Under the pieces are notes generated by a model. That model searched no databases. It was not told the origin of the DNA and worked only from the letters and a program-made list of their open reading frames with translations. A stretch of DNA of 64,000 nucleotides from Sphyrna mokarran (Eukaryota): contig JAGIQG010000006.1 of assembly GCA_024679065.1 (NCBI GenBank), forward strand, positions 95,604,001 through 95,668,000. Direction: 5' to 3'. The first letter of the stretch is position 1. Each line of letters starts with the position of its first letter. Below, in pieces: positions 1-13,244 of the stretch. Both the position numbers and the translations under genes were made by a program.

Positions 1-1502
1 TTTTTGAAATTTGTTTCAAATGATATGCTAACAAGTGCTGAATAAAACACAGATCAGCCCCAAATGTACACTACTTTGCTTGCCATGTTCAGTCTACAAT
101 AGATTATCAGTATCTGTTGATTTATTTCTTTGAAGACAAAATGGTGCAGCTTCTGTCTAATTAAGTCTATTACATTAAAGTAACGAGAAAAATACGGTGT
201 TAGATTTCCGATCCAACATTAGAATCAATGATAGTAATATTTGTGAAAGCAATTGTGAACAGCAGAAGACTTACACTGAATATTAGGCACAAATTGGAAG
301 TATGCACCATTGTGTGAAGGCTCAGATGATACTAATATTGAAGGTCTTTAGCTTAAATGTCTCTGTGACATATTTTTTGTTGCATGCTTGGATGGAATTG
401 CCACACATGACATGGAGTTTAAGAAGACATCCCCTCATATGAGCAATTCCACAATATACTTTTAAAGCTTATAGTGGAATAGACTGTTCAGCTCCCTGAC
501 ATCTCAGGAACAGAAGTGCGCGCTTTAGTAAAATAATCTGTGAAGTGTGGCATCCTGCCATTACTACACTGTCTCTAGAGTGGAGTTATTGGCTGCCGAC
601 CACAGTGCCAATTCAGATGGAGCTGAATGCAGTGCCAATTACTTTTTTTAATTTGCTGCCACTTGACATAACCCATTAATGGAACTGGTCCTGTCCCACC
701 ACACCTCAGTGTTATAGCGCAGCGTGCCAGAGTTGTGATTCCAGATCTGCAACTTTCTACACACTCTTATTGTATTGTCAATGTGGAGATAATGTGTCTA
801 AAAAATAATGCCTGAAATACTTGCATTAGTTTATAATATCTGACGTGTTTAGCCCCATTTCATTGAAGGGCCAGTAGTCTCACAAACAGAACTATCACTG
901 ACAACATCGAGAAAAGGAGACTGCAGCGCATTCAAGACTTTTCGTTTGTTCCTGATGCCGACCATCAGAAAGAGGGAGTGGCTCAACAAGAGGCTTAGCT
1001 GCTATAAGAGGTGATCATTTTATCCAATCACATCTGAAGCACAGCACTCCCTACAAACCCAGAAAACCAGTAGTAGGTTAGGCCCTCTCAAATCTGTTGC
1101 CAAAGGTGTTTGTACAAATGGTGCTACTTACAGGGAAAAGGTGGGGTGGGAGAATTGGGACTCTAAGAGCCAGCAAAAGAGTGAAGGGTGAAATGGCTTT
1201 CTTTCGTGATGTATGACTACAGCCCATTTCCTTACCTAACTTGTCACCTTATCCCAATCTCTTATTTCTCCAGAAATGTATCCAATTGTGAATTGAACCT
1301 GCATATACTGTTTAATGGTCATCCCTACAACCTAGAGTGAAAATTTACCCCTGAATTCCAAATGCCACATTCTTAACTCTCATATCTCATTATTAGTATT
1401 CAACAAAGTTAGTGAGAATTTGTTTTGTTTGTTCCTTTCATAATCTTGAAGTCTCTTCATTTCTAAACAGAGACGGTTCGATTTTCTTCACATTCCTTGC
1501 CT

Positions 1503-1870
1503 CTGTAGTAGCTCTCCCCTCTGGGTCAGAAGGATGTGGGTTCTTCCAGAAGGTCTGAATCCAGTCTTTCACTGGGGGAATGTAGTATTGTGGTGTGTGC
1601 TGCTTTTCAGATCAGAAGTTAAAACCAGGGCCTGCTCTCCCAGGACAGTGTAAAGATTCTAATGAGAGCTGAGGAATTCGCTTTGGTGTCAGAGCCAATA
1701 TATATTCCTTCACCACCATCACTATCTGGCCTTTATCTCATTTGCTGTTTGTGGGGCATTCCTTTGCACAAATTGTTTATGGCCGTTACTTACATTATTA
1801 ACAGTAATTCCGCTTCAATTAAGTGATTAATAAGAAATAAAGCACTTTTACGATGTGTGAGGTTATGATA
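1503..1870 (+). mobile_element. DeuSINE-type (SacSINE1-like) tRNA-derived SINE, decayed
   Basis: tRNA-like head (gtcagaaggatgtgggttc), Deu-like core (ttatctcatttgctgtttgtggg...gcacaaattg), tail aagcacttt. Confidence 0.7.
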
Positions 1871-3820
1871 ATCTTTCCTAATGATCTTTGTCACCCGCCT
1901 TCATACCTTTAATGAGCAATTCCTATCAATCCGTCCTTCTTATCAATAAATGGCCAAAATAACACTCGAGTTTTTTTAAAGAGACTTACAATTCATTCAA
2001 TAACAAAGCAGGAATTGTGTCTGCAACTCTGGCAGAGTGGGGTTCTCGGATCAAGCACAGGGAGGCTCTCTGCGGTTAAATATTTCAAATGTTAGTTCAT
2101 AATAGATTTGGCCTCAAACATACGCTTTTGCCAATTCCTCAGGGTAGAGGCTTCAATTGGCCTCCCAGGAAAATATTCACAGGACGGTTTGTCATTGTCT
2201 AGCCCGGCAGGGTCAGTGAGCGGAAACACTCGGGGAGATCAAAGCAACAGCAGCGAACTCTCTGGGAGGGATTGGTTCACCAGGCGGTTCTTCATGCAAC
2301 CAAGCTCCTTTAATAATGAATGAATCTCCAACAATGTTCATAGCACCGAAATTTCATTAAGCGATTAACGACAAATAAAAGCTTCCACCTCGAGCCATCT
2401 GGTGACTGCAACCTAAGAATGATAAAAGGCGGACGCGATAAGGTGTGGAGCTGTGACAGCTTCGCCTGTGCCGCGGAGAGATCCCACACTAAGTCAAAGG
2501 CACTTTGCCTCAGTTTTGCAAAAATAAACTCTCGATCGGGTGTGCAGGCTCCGTTGATGGACTGTTGCAACTGAGGCTGCTTTATTGAAGCAAAGCGTTT
2601 CTAGTCCTGCTGCTACATTAATTACAGCGAAATGTAGAAGAGAGAACTCCTATGGTCACTTAGATTGTCAGGGGTAAATGGCCTGCATTAATCAGCAGAT
2701 AACTCCTTTATAAAGGCCCTCCTCCCTTTAAACTTAGATGAGGAATGAAGGCCCCCTCTTTTGTATAGCAATCCACGACAGATGTCCTTGTGCTGAGACA
2801 CAGCAACAGATCTCCCACCAAGGCACAACATCTGCTCCAAGTCCATTTACTCCAGGAAACAGAGAAGGGAAAATTGCTCTTTAATTCATGCAAAAGCCCT
2901 ACAGACATTGCCTTCCGTTTATCCCTGTCAACCAATGTTCTGTGACCCACTGGGTTAAGCGCGAAGCTAATCTGAGAACAATCAAGTGCAAGTAAATACA
3001 GAAAGAGTAACAATGGTTTTTTTTTAATCAGTCCAGTTCCTCCAGGTCAATTGTCTCATGGGGCAAAAACAAAGTGAGATTGTACAGGTCAGATGGAACT
3101 GGTGGATATGAATATTCTAGGAATACAGGACCAGCACCACGGCAGGTGACTGGAAAAGAGCAGCACTATTACAAGGGTCACAAGTACAAAGACCAGAATC
3201 AAAACAACTGCTGTCCTGCTGTAAGACATATTAATTCCTACACTATATTCCAGGTCTGAAATAGAAAGACTTCCCATTTACACTATTCATAGTCGCAAGT
3301 CCTTCACAGCTACCGAATTGCTTGTTTTTTTAAGTGTTTTGTAGACAAATGTATCAGTCAAGTACACATAGTAAGATGTGACAAACAGCAAACAGATAAA
3401 TGACCAGCTAGTGGTCCAAGTTGCCATGGATTGTTTGTCCACCTGAAAGAGCGGGTGCGACTTCAGTTTTATATCTAATTGGAAAAGGGGCCTTGCAGTC
3501 ATATATTTCCTTTCACAAACTTAGGATTTCCAAAATGGTTTATAGTCATTTTCATTGGATGGAATCTTGTGCGCCTGACCTGCTGCCTGGGGAAGCTGTG
3601 AGACACCCAAACTGACTCTGAGGCAGTAGGCAAAGGCTTGCCATCTCTTCCACCCACCAGGACAGCAGCGAGTCATCTTCCAGTCCCCGGGAGACAACTG
3701 CTCACCAAGAGCTACCAACAACTGAGAAGCTAACAGCTCCTGCACCCGGCAGCATCCCAGAGGAGAGCAAGGCTGCTGCCAGAATATCCAGCAGAGTGGA
3801 GAGTCCTAGGAGAAAGATAA

Positions 3821-3976
3821 ATGCTGCTGGCCTTTTGGCCAAGATCAAGAGTCGGATCAAACCCTAGATGGGGTGCAATGCCTTTTCTTGTTAGCTTGGA
3901 TCATGTTTTTCTCTTGAGTGGGGACAGTGAATTGGGTCCAATTTGAGTTTGTCTTTTGGAGCAAGCAAAGAGATGG
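3821..3976 (+). pseudogene. U2 snRNA-derived, diverged and interrupted copy
   Basis: GGCCTTTTGGCCAAGATCAAG matches the U2 5' end. After ~23 extra nt, TGCAATGCCTTTTCTTGTTAGCTT aligns to U2 TGTAGTATCTGTTCTTATCAGTTT. TTTTGGAGCA...GAGATGG matches the Sm-site region. The 3' stem-loops are absent. Confidence 0.75.
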
Positions 3977-4429
3977 CTTTGTAACTTCAAGAATTTTTTT
4001 AAAGAAGTTGGGAATGGGGAGGGAGGATGTGTGGAGTAATTGCAGCTAGGGAAGGGTCATCAGTGGCCACCCCCGTGCCCCATCTCCATACCCTCAATCA
4101 TGCACAGATTAGTGAAGATCAAGGGGCCATCCCCTTTAAGCTGGCATGTAGCCCCCACAGTTTACCAAGCACACAGGCCACATGTCAGCAGGGCCCCTTG
4201 GAGCTGTGGAGATTGCAGCAAAAAGAAGCCCTTAAAAAACCATTAATTGGCCACTTAAGTGATTCAAGTAGAAGTAGGAGCAGAAAAATCGAGCACTAAA
4301 TCTTCTCACCCAAAATATCCCAGAAGGAAAAAAAGCAGTAACATGGGGAAATAAGAATACTGGTTTAGATTGCTTTTTGCTTCCAAAGGAGGCAGAAAGA
4401 CATCGGGTATCAGTCCTGGTGCCAATCCA

Positions 4430-4690
4430 CCAAAGTTTCAGTTAATTTGATTTAGTGATGCAATATTGGGTGAGGGGAAAATATTGTCCAGAATACAAAA
4501 AAGAAATGGTCTGTCCTTCTTCAAATACTACTATGGGACTTTTTACTTCTAATCAAAGGGAACATCTCATTAAAATGCCGCACTTCTGGCACTGTAGCAT
4601 TCCCTCAGTATCAGCCTTGATTGTGTGCTCAAATCCTGGAGTGGAATTTGAATCCACAGTCTTCTGACTCAGAGGTGAACACTGCTAACT
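4430..4690 (-). mobile_element. DeuSINE-type SINE fragment
   Basis: Reverse complement of the tRNA-like head (tttgaatccacagtcttctgactcagagg) and adjoining body. Confidence 0.55.
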
Positions 4691-5859
4691 ATAATTGTTA
4701 TAGGACTAAGACTATTCTGCACTATGCAAAATCAAACACTTACAAGTATCCCACTACAAAATGTTCACTTCCTTTTGCATTCAAGCAAATAATCAGGATT
4801 CAGAAGTTTGGGTTCTGCATTTTTGTTTTTTTGCAATATAGAGCAAATGAACATCTACAAGGGATGTTGAATTTCTTTGCAGTCAGCTGCAGATTATTCC
4901 TTGATAAATCTACAGTACTGGCATCACAAGACATTATTAACCTTTTGTGAATGTCACTACACATCAAGGATATGGCGTGCACACTGACAGCTGCTGCAAG
5001 CACACAGGGAAAGCAGGGCTAATATTAAACAATAAATGTACATATGCTGGATGTCCAAGAAAGAATGAAAAACCAAGGAGTTTTAAGCAATAATCTAAGA
5101 GCTCAGATGCATCAACCTCTAAACTAAAACCTCCTCACTCACAGATATCCATTCACTCGCCTACTGCCTTTCTCTCTTCTGCTGAGCTACCCCACCAGCA
5201 TTCTTCAGGGCAGCTATTCCTCAAACAGGTGCTGGCAGCTTATTTTGACCACGAACACATCACAGCCCCACCAAAACCTGGTCCTCGTATGATATCTGCA
5301 AGTGTGCATTTTCCAGGAGAAAGTGACTGGAAAGAGAACTGTGAATGAAAATGAAGTGAGTGCTTCCCATTCCGAGTCAGGTTAAAATATATTAGCTTTT
5401 TTCATTACCTTGACTGAAATCAACTAACTCAGAGCACTTAATTCTATTTAGTGTCCAACTGTGTCACTTTTTCTACATTACAATGTGACTATAGTTCAAA
5501 AATGTTTAATTGTCTGAAATATTTTGGGAAATCCAAAGTTTACACCACGCATTACATAAACACAAGTCTTCCAAATTTTTCTACCTTAACCGTTTGTATT
5601 TATAAATAAACTTTTATTTTGTACATTCATTCATTTCTATAATATGTCCATTATACTGGCTTGTATAAGTCATTACACAGTTCATACCTATTTGGAATAA
5701 ATGAAAGAGCATAAATGAAGGTGGCCTTTTTACTAAATTGAAAATTATTTGGAAGGTTGGTGATAGAGAGTCGGGATAAAGAGCAAGTATTCTAAGTGTC
5801 AGGCTGTGATAAGTATTCTGAAGCTTCTTCACCATATTTATTAATTGCTCAGTTAAAGA

Positions 5860-6848
5860 ATGGAGAGATGAATATCCAATTTACTTCTGATATAAGTTTG
5901 GAGGCCATTGTGAAGTGCAGATGGGAGCAGGAAATTGCAAAACAACATAGGCCGATTAAATAAGTTGGCAAAACAATGACAGATAGAGTTTAATATTGGA
6001 CCTGAGAAAGAAAATTCTCTATGAAAACACTCTCTGTGAGAGACTGGGGACTTCAGAAGAGCAATGAGATTTGGAAGTTCAAGTACTCAAATCATTTAAA
6101 GCTAGACAACAAGTACAAAACGGCAGTCAAACAAGCTAATGGAATGTTGGTCTCTATCTCAAGCCAGCTGCAATACAAAAGGATGAAAGTTATGCTTCAG
6201 GGGCATAAAGCTTTCATCAGACTCCATCTGGAATTCAGTTCAGTTTTGAACATCATACCTAAGAATGTATCTATTAGCTTCACAATAGGTGCTGCACAAA
6301 CTCAGAATGGTACCAGAACTTAGTCATAGTCATTTTACAGCATAGAAAGAGACCCTTCAGCCCATCATGTCTACACCAGCCATCAAGTAAGTACCCATTT
6401 ATTCTATTCCCTTTTCCAACACTTGGTCCATAACCCTGTATGCTACGGTGTTTCATGTGCCCATCTAAATGCTTCCTAAAGACATGTATTCCTTTAAGAA
6501 TATTGAGGTGTTTAAAATATTAAAAGGAACTGTAAGGGAGATAAAGGGAAATCATTTCCTCTGATGAAGGAGTCAATAACGAACAGATATAACTTAAAAA
6601 TGAGAGCCAGGCAATTTAAGAAGGAAATGTGGAAGCACTTTTTTAACACAGTAGAGACAGTAGATATCTGGAATTCTCTGTGCTAAAAGGTTTTGGACAC
6701 TAAGAATTGGAACTTATAAAACTGAGATTGATAGATTTTTGTTGGGTAAAGGTTATCAAGGGACCTGGAATGAGGTACATATCAGCAATGATCTAATTGA
6801 ATGAAGAAACGGGCCCAAGGGGCTGAATGGCCTACTCCTGTCCCTGTG
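5860..6848 (+). mobile_element. CR1 LINE 3' fragment, decayed
   Basis: RT C-terminal remnants (AVKQANGML...RLHLEF) and CR1-type 3' end (ggggctgaatggcctactcctg). Confidence 0.8.
6322..6480 (-). mobile_element. Short CR1 3' end nested antisense in the older CR1
   Basis: tagtcatagtcattttacagcatagaaagagacccttcagccc is the reverse of a CR1 tail and interrupts the + strand element. Confidence 0.65.
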
Positions 6849-7289
6849 CATCTTCTTTCGAAAATAGGCACTTGGAGTCCACATTTAACAAATTTAAGAG
6901 AAGATTTTATATGTGGTGGTTAATGAGCTATGAGCTCATTAGATTGTACGGGAGTTTCAGAGTCCCTGAGGTTATTTAGATTACAGCCTGCTTTTACAAT
7001 ACCCTGGACTCAAAACGCCTGCACTGTTTGTAAATGTTACTTACTGATACTGTAAAGCTGTCTCAGCCAGTGATAACAAAGTTCATTAAAATCTTATGCT
7101 TTTTCTGATAATGTCAAGTGCGTATGAGGAAAGTTGGCAGTAAGAAATTCTAATATGAAAAGCAGAGTTGGGATAAATCAAGACCGTCTCGTTTGGTCAA
7201 ACATAAGTTTTAATTCTCACTGCTCATCAACCAGAGGCCATTCAAATTTCCAACCAGCAAGCCAGTTATTCTATGTCAACATCTGATTT

Positions 7290-8180
7290 TTCTCTCTTTC
7301 CTCTCTTGAAGATGCTGAATTTCTCTCTCCTCCTCAGAGGACATTGACTCTCTAGCCTTCATGTAAGCTACTTACTTAGAATACTCCTCTGAAGGTGCAG
7401 ACACCTTGTCCCCTCCCTATGGCTGCTGATTCTTCCTCCCCTCACTCAAGGTGCTGACTCTCTCTCTCTCTCTCTCTCCTAATGCTGCAGACTCTCTCTC
7501 TCTCCTGCAGGTACTGACTTTTTCTCTCTCTTTCCAAGCTGTTGATTCTCTCTCTCTCTCTCTCTCTCTCTCCTGAAGCTGCTGACTCTCTCTCTCTTTC
7601 CTGAAGTTTGCAACTCACTCTTTCTCTCTCTCCTGAAGCTGCAGACTCTCTCTCTCCTGAAGGTATTGACTTTCTCTCTCTCTCTCTCTCCTGAAGCTGC
7701 CAACACTCTCTCTCTGTTTCTCTTGAAGCTGCTAACTCTCTCTCTCTCCTGAAGTTTTCAACTCTCTCTCTTTCTCTCTCTCCTGAATCTGCAGACTCTC
7801 TTTCTCTTGAAGGTATTGATTTTTCTCTCTCTCTCCTGAAGCTGCCGACACTCTCTCTCTCTGTTTCTCCTGAAACTGCAGGATCTCTCTCTCCCGAAGG
7901 TACTGACTTTTTCTCTCTCTCCTGAAGCTGCTGATTTTCTTTCTCTCTCCTGAAACTCCTGACTCTCTCTGTCTCTCCTGAAGGTATTGACTCTCTCTCT
8001 TTCTCTATCTCTCTCTCTCCTGAAGTTGCAGGCTCTTTCTGTTTCTCCTGAAGTTGCTGACTTTCTCTCTCTAACTCTCCTGAAAATACTGGCTCTCGCC
8101 CATGTTCTCTGAAGATGCAGACCTTTTCCCACACTTCTGAAAGTACTAATTCTCTTTCCCCTTTCCTGAAGGTGCAGACA
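7290..8180. repeat. Compound minisatellite: (CT)n tracts punctuated by CCTGAAG-(CTGC/GTAT)-TGA, unit ~28-40 bp
   Basis: More than 20 visible units, degrading at both ends. Source of the spurious RE-rich ORFs at 7442-8225. Confidence 0.95.
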
Positions 8181-10927
8181 CCTTTTATGGGTGAAACTCC
8201 AAAGGTGACCACAAATCTCTGACATAATGCTGTTTACCGTACTTCAACCATCAGTAAGTGTTTTCATACAATTTGTTGTTTGCGTATAGAATCACAACTC
8301 AGCCCTATTTCAACCTCTTCCAGTCACCACGTGCACATGTGCACACATAGATACACATTTTATTTACCAAACCAAGCTCAATCAAAGAACATAACTCAAT
8401 CACAAACTCTGTTTTATTATAAAGCATGTCTTGCATTTTTATAGCACTTAGATTACCTTATTAAATCCCAAAGCATTTTGCAGTCAATAATCACTGTTAT
8501 AATGTAGGGAGAGTTTATACTCTCAATTTGTGTGCCATTACTTTCTCAGGGAAATAGTCGTCCGACTGCATATGTACAGACACCAGAATGTTGTCACTTT
8601 TAGTTGTCGTTAGTTGCGGTGACAGTGAACACTGACAGTTTTGCCATCATTACAACCTTAAAATCCAGACCATAGTAACTTCCCTCTTGATCAAAAGATG
8701 TAGGTTTGAACCCCACAAAAGAACTTATGCAGTTAGGCTGACATCCTGAACAAAGCCGAGGACGTGCTGGATTGCTAGATATGTTCCTTTTTAGACAGAA
8801 CACAGCTAAAGAATTGGATATCTAAGTTTACAGATGGCACTAAGTTAGAAGGACATTAGGGTATGTTTAGGAATGCAAGAAGATACATAGGTATTTAAAC
8901 AAGTAAGGAGAACTATTGTAGATGGAGTTCACTGTGAGAAACTTTGGATGTAAGAAAACCAATTCAGAGTGTATCCTCTATAGCTTAGAATCTCTATAAA
9001 AATGTGCATGTTTACATGCATAATAAACAAAGTTCAGCTAGTAAATATGGGTTGTAACTGAATTTTAGAGATGGTTATATTATTAAGCCTAAATGGGCTT
9101 ATCAGCTTGAATGAGATATCACATGCCTCTAACATCCCTGGCAAAGTAGGCAGAATATATCTAGTTGGCAAGTATTGCTGCAAAGTCCACAGGCAAGGGG
9201 AAGGCAGAGTCAGCCACTGTCTGGGGGCATATTGAGCAAAGAATAGCCACTTTAGTGAGCTGCAAGATAGTAAACAGCAGCTGGGGAAGTCTTCTCTCAC
9301 AGCGGTCAATATTTTGAGACAAGGGGTGCGTGACAAATTGGAAAAATAACTTGGATTTGTAGCAAGAAAATAAATTATATCCATTCTTCACATTGATTCC
9401 CACACTCTAGCTGGAATTCCTGATCTAACCAATACCAATCAAACATCCACTGACCTGAAAGAGGATGCAGCGCGTGTGAGATGCCAAAAGGTCAGAGAAA
9501 AAGCAATTAAGAAGTAAAACCTTCTGTGAATGCTTAGTACTATTTCCAGCAATGTAGAAAAACATTTTGTATGGTATTGTGTGCAAATAAAGTTACAGCT
9601 AACAGATTGGTTAGAATCCTAATCACTAGTGAAAATAGAAAGGATACAGGGGATGGAGCTAAGCTCCTTGCCCACACAGCAACATATTGTCAACTAAATG
9701 TTAGCGAAGGATTATAGGCTGCTTAATCACACAAAAACGAATGTTTTCAATATTCCTACAAAGTCACTGGGAAGCTGCATTCTTAAACAATGAGCTTGTG
9801 ATATGCTGTAATTTTAATGTTATGAAAACTATTGCATTTTTTAAACAACAAATTAAAGTTAGCTAAATCATTTGGGAGAGGATACGTTGGCAAGCAGGCT
9901 CTTGGGTTATATTTTGAATGTTATTGGAAATAATCTACCAAATTTTGTTACAGATCATGAGCTGGACAATACTTCATATTCATTAGGGTCTTCATGAAGG
10001 GTACAGGGCACATCACACAACAACCCAAATAAGATTCCACAGCAGAAAAAGTGCAAAAGCTGCACTTCAGAAATACACCATGCACAACAAGCACGTACAA
10101 AGTAAGCAGCCTGCCAATATTGTTCAGAATTGAACTGTGTATCATCTTCCCTTTCCCAGTATTCACATTTCAGTAAATAGGATCAGAGCTGGAGTTCGCT
10201 GTCCTCTGATCACTGTCCCCCTATTAACTCCTGCCTACAGCAGTCTTTCAATTAACTGGCAGCGCGAACAACGTTTTGCTGAACGTGGACACACACATCT
10301 TTGTTCTGGCGAAATACTTTTAAAACTTTACACACTATAAAAGTTTGCACAGCACAACCACAGACGGTAAAAGAGAGGATCTGGTAAAGTGTTTGATTTC
10401 ATACATAGGTAATGAAACAAGACAATGAAAAACATTTACATTTCATCCTTCCTTCTATGTACAACTAAATATAGAATTATCAAGAATATCAACAACCTTT
10501 CACTCAGAGTAATTTGTGCAACACATTGTCTGCTTCAACACAATGCAAATAAATCACTAAAATAGAGACAATTTAATTAAATTGCAAAATATTGATTAGC
10601 AGAAGATACTTTACACTTCAAAACAGCTATTACTTTCCGCAAAAGTAACATAACAGCCTAACCCTTTTCCTGCAATTGAAAAACACTCCCTTACACAAAA
10701 TGTGCTTATCTTATATAAATTATAATAAATTTGAATTTATTTAGTTCCACTTGAAGACATGTTTTTGTAATATCACACAGATCATGTTCCATCATTCACA
10801 GCGCTAACCAATCCCAGAAATTATTATTCCAATTCTTGAGTATTCCCTTCACTTCATACAAGTGAAGACTTTGAATTTAATGGCAAAAGCATATCTTACT
10901 GTACATGCAAGGTGTTTTTGCACTTAC

Positions 10928-11059
10928 CTTCATCACGTTTTCTCTTATTATTCTCAGCGCTGGAAGGTGTAATCCCCAGAATGCCACTGATGGAATAGGA
11001 AGATCCTGCAGGGTCCGTGGCAGCTGAAGGAACTGGAGTTACTGCCACTGTGCTTGGTG
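10928..11059 (-). CDS. PAX5: PAX5 exon 5 (octapeptide and NLS)
   Basis: cacag|CACCAAGC...GATGAAG|gtaag, 132 nt; encodes [44 protein letters not shown](G). Confidence 0.95.
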
Positions 11060-11789
11060 CTGTGCAGAAATGACAACAAGTTTTAGTCAGTAAAGAAAAA
11101 TAGCACACCAAGATCTGCAACATCCTCGTACGTGTATTCAATTCAGCACACACAATGCTTACTTTTCAACCAAGGTTGAGTTTCAAGAATGATCACCAAA
11201 CATAGCCACCAGTTACACTTAGAGTGAAAGTAATTAATTCTTGATTAGGAGAGAAGTGAACCCAACTTGCAGGCACGGAGGCAATTTTAGCTCAAACAAA
11301 AATTTGTTTTGGTTCAGCAAAGTCTTTCAACTTTATGTATTTGCTTTTCCTTACACATTAAGTAGACAATAATGAGTAATGTTTTCTCTAATCATCACCA
11401 AAGAGCACAGGTAGATCCCAACACTAATAACAGGAATGATGGCGCATGGATTTTCAGAGTCCATTTTTCTTATATCAATGAAAGTTCAACCATACCACTC
11501 AGGAAAACACCTAAAAGTCAAATGTTCAACATTATTGACTCTATAGCCCCTGCACAATTGATTTTGGAGCCAAAGCCTGAAATAGTCTTACAGTAGTCCC
11601 ACAGGTTTTGCTTGGTACAGCAATCTCCGTTATATTGCCTCATTTAGTTGAACACTTAACTCCAATTTCAAGGTCTTGATTTGAAGACATACATACTTTG
11701 GTCCATTCAGCTCATTAGAAACCTATAAATATTCGTCTGTTGAACCTATTAAAAGCTTATGAATATAAGCTTGTTAAATTTATCAGAAG

Positions 11790-11925
11790 CCAGTAAATTA
11801 TTGGGTTATGGGGAAAGAGCAGAAGTATGGTACTTGGATGGAGGATCAACTTTAAATGTATTGAATAGTGGAGCAGGTTCAAAAGGCCAATTTGCTTACA
11901 TCTGTTCCTAGTTTCTATGTTTCTG
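11790..11925 (+). mobile_element. CR1 3'-end fragment
   Basis: gggttatggggaaagagcag...gtggagcaggttcaaaaggcc...ttctatgtttct. Confidence 0.6.
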
Positions 11926-13244
11926 CATTGACCAATTGAACCCATTTGATGCCTGCGGATATTGGTCCATAGAACTCACTAGAAGTTGATGGATACTAGT
12001 TAATTGAACCAGCCTCTTTGCTCGGCTTGGTCACCAGATAGGTCACTAGGTAAGTAGTGGATAGAAGAAAGTCATTTTACTGAAAGAAATTAACTACACT
12101 TAATAATTTACATCAGTTAATAATATAGCGTGATACTACTAATAGGCAAATTGTCTGGCTAAGCTCACTGCCCAATCTGACACATGAACTTCAGTTAGAG
12201 ATCTAATCACCCATGGAACTGTACCGCCACATGAGGCACTGTCTTCAGGAAAGGCAGTGAGAATGGAGCAATCGGGTGGGTTGGGGGAGGTTGGTTAAAC
12301 ACAATTGAGGGGTGCAAGAAGGACAGGAAATAATGCATTTCCTCATGTCTTTACCAAAGAGGCTACAAATCCAATTATTTTGTGTTGTGTTTTGTTAACC
12401 ACCCAATTACAAAGAAAAAAATTCAATGAAAACATCATTGCATTCAATCTTGAAACACACAATAGTGCTGTAAAAGTGGGAATCAGTTCAGAGCCTGGCA
12501 ATCGATAATCCACCAATGCTGTAAATCACAAACATACAGAAGCTCAGAGAATATTGCTTGAAAATTACAAATTCCGAAAAAAGCTCAATTTTAATAGAAA
12601 ACTGAATCTAATGCTGCAAACTGCAAAGACACAATCAACACAGGAGTTATCGAAGAACGGGAATTAAAAGAAAAGAAAAAAAACTTTCACAACTCCTTAG
12701 TACCTAATGATGCAGAAAATGTAATGAATAGTCCCCTTTGTGGATTTATTACTTTAATTACATCACATTCAATGGCCATTCTATTGCCACTTTAAATTTT
12801 AGATTTCAATTTTGTATTACAATGTGAAATCTTTTTATCATAATAATCGTCAGACTTCAGAACCCAAGTTATATTGGTGAATTTCATCAAGTATTAAGTT
12901 GCTTAGAAATACAGATGCAGTGAAGAATTTGAGCATTCTGATTGTTAAACAGAAAAACCCAACCATAATAACAATCAGGTTACATTTCAGTTATTACCCA
13001 AACGAGTAGTAACTAATTAGTGGTTAATCTTCCTATCATGTTTTGAGATCAACTGCAATCTGATCAAGGATGAATACAATAGTGGTCTAATGTATATTCA
13101 TATAAAGGCTAGGCATGGCCAGATGCAGGAGATGAGTTTTCCATGAGCTACTGTGGATTAGCAATAGTCCGAATGGTATTCCATCACAATCAGTAAACAG
13201 CATATTTCTCACCCTACCATTACTACCAAACCAGAGATATTCCC

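Noticed and set aside
7442-8225. 256-aa and 155-aa RE-rich ORFs
   Set aside because: Translation of the (GA)n minisatellite.
1-10927. PAX5 exon 6 (partial homeodomain)
   Set aside because: No matching frame seen; probably beyond the window start.
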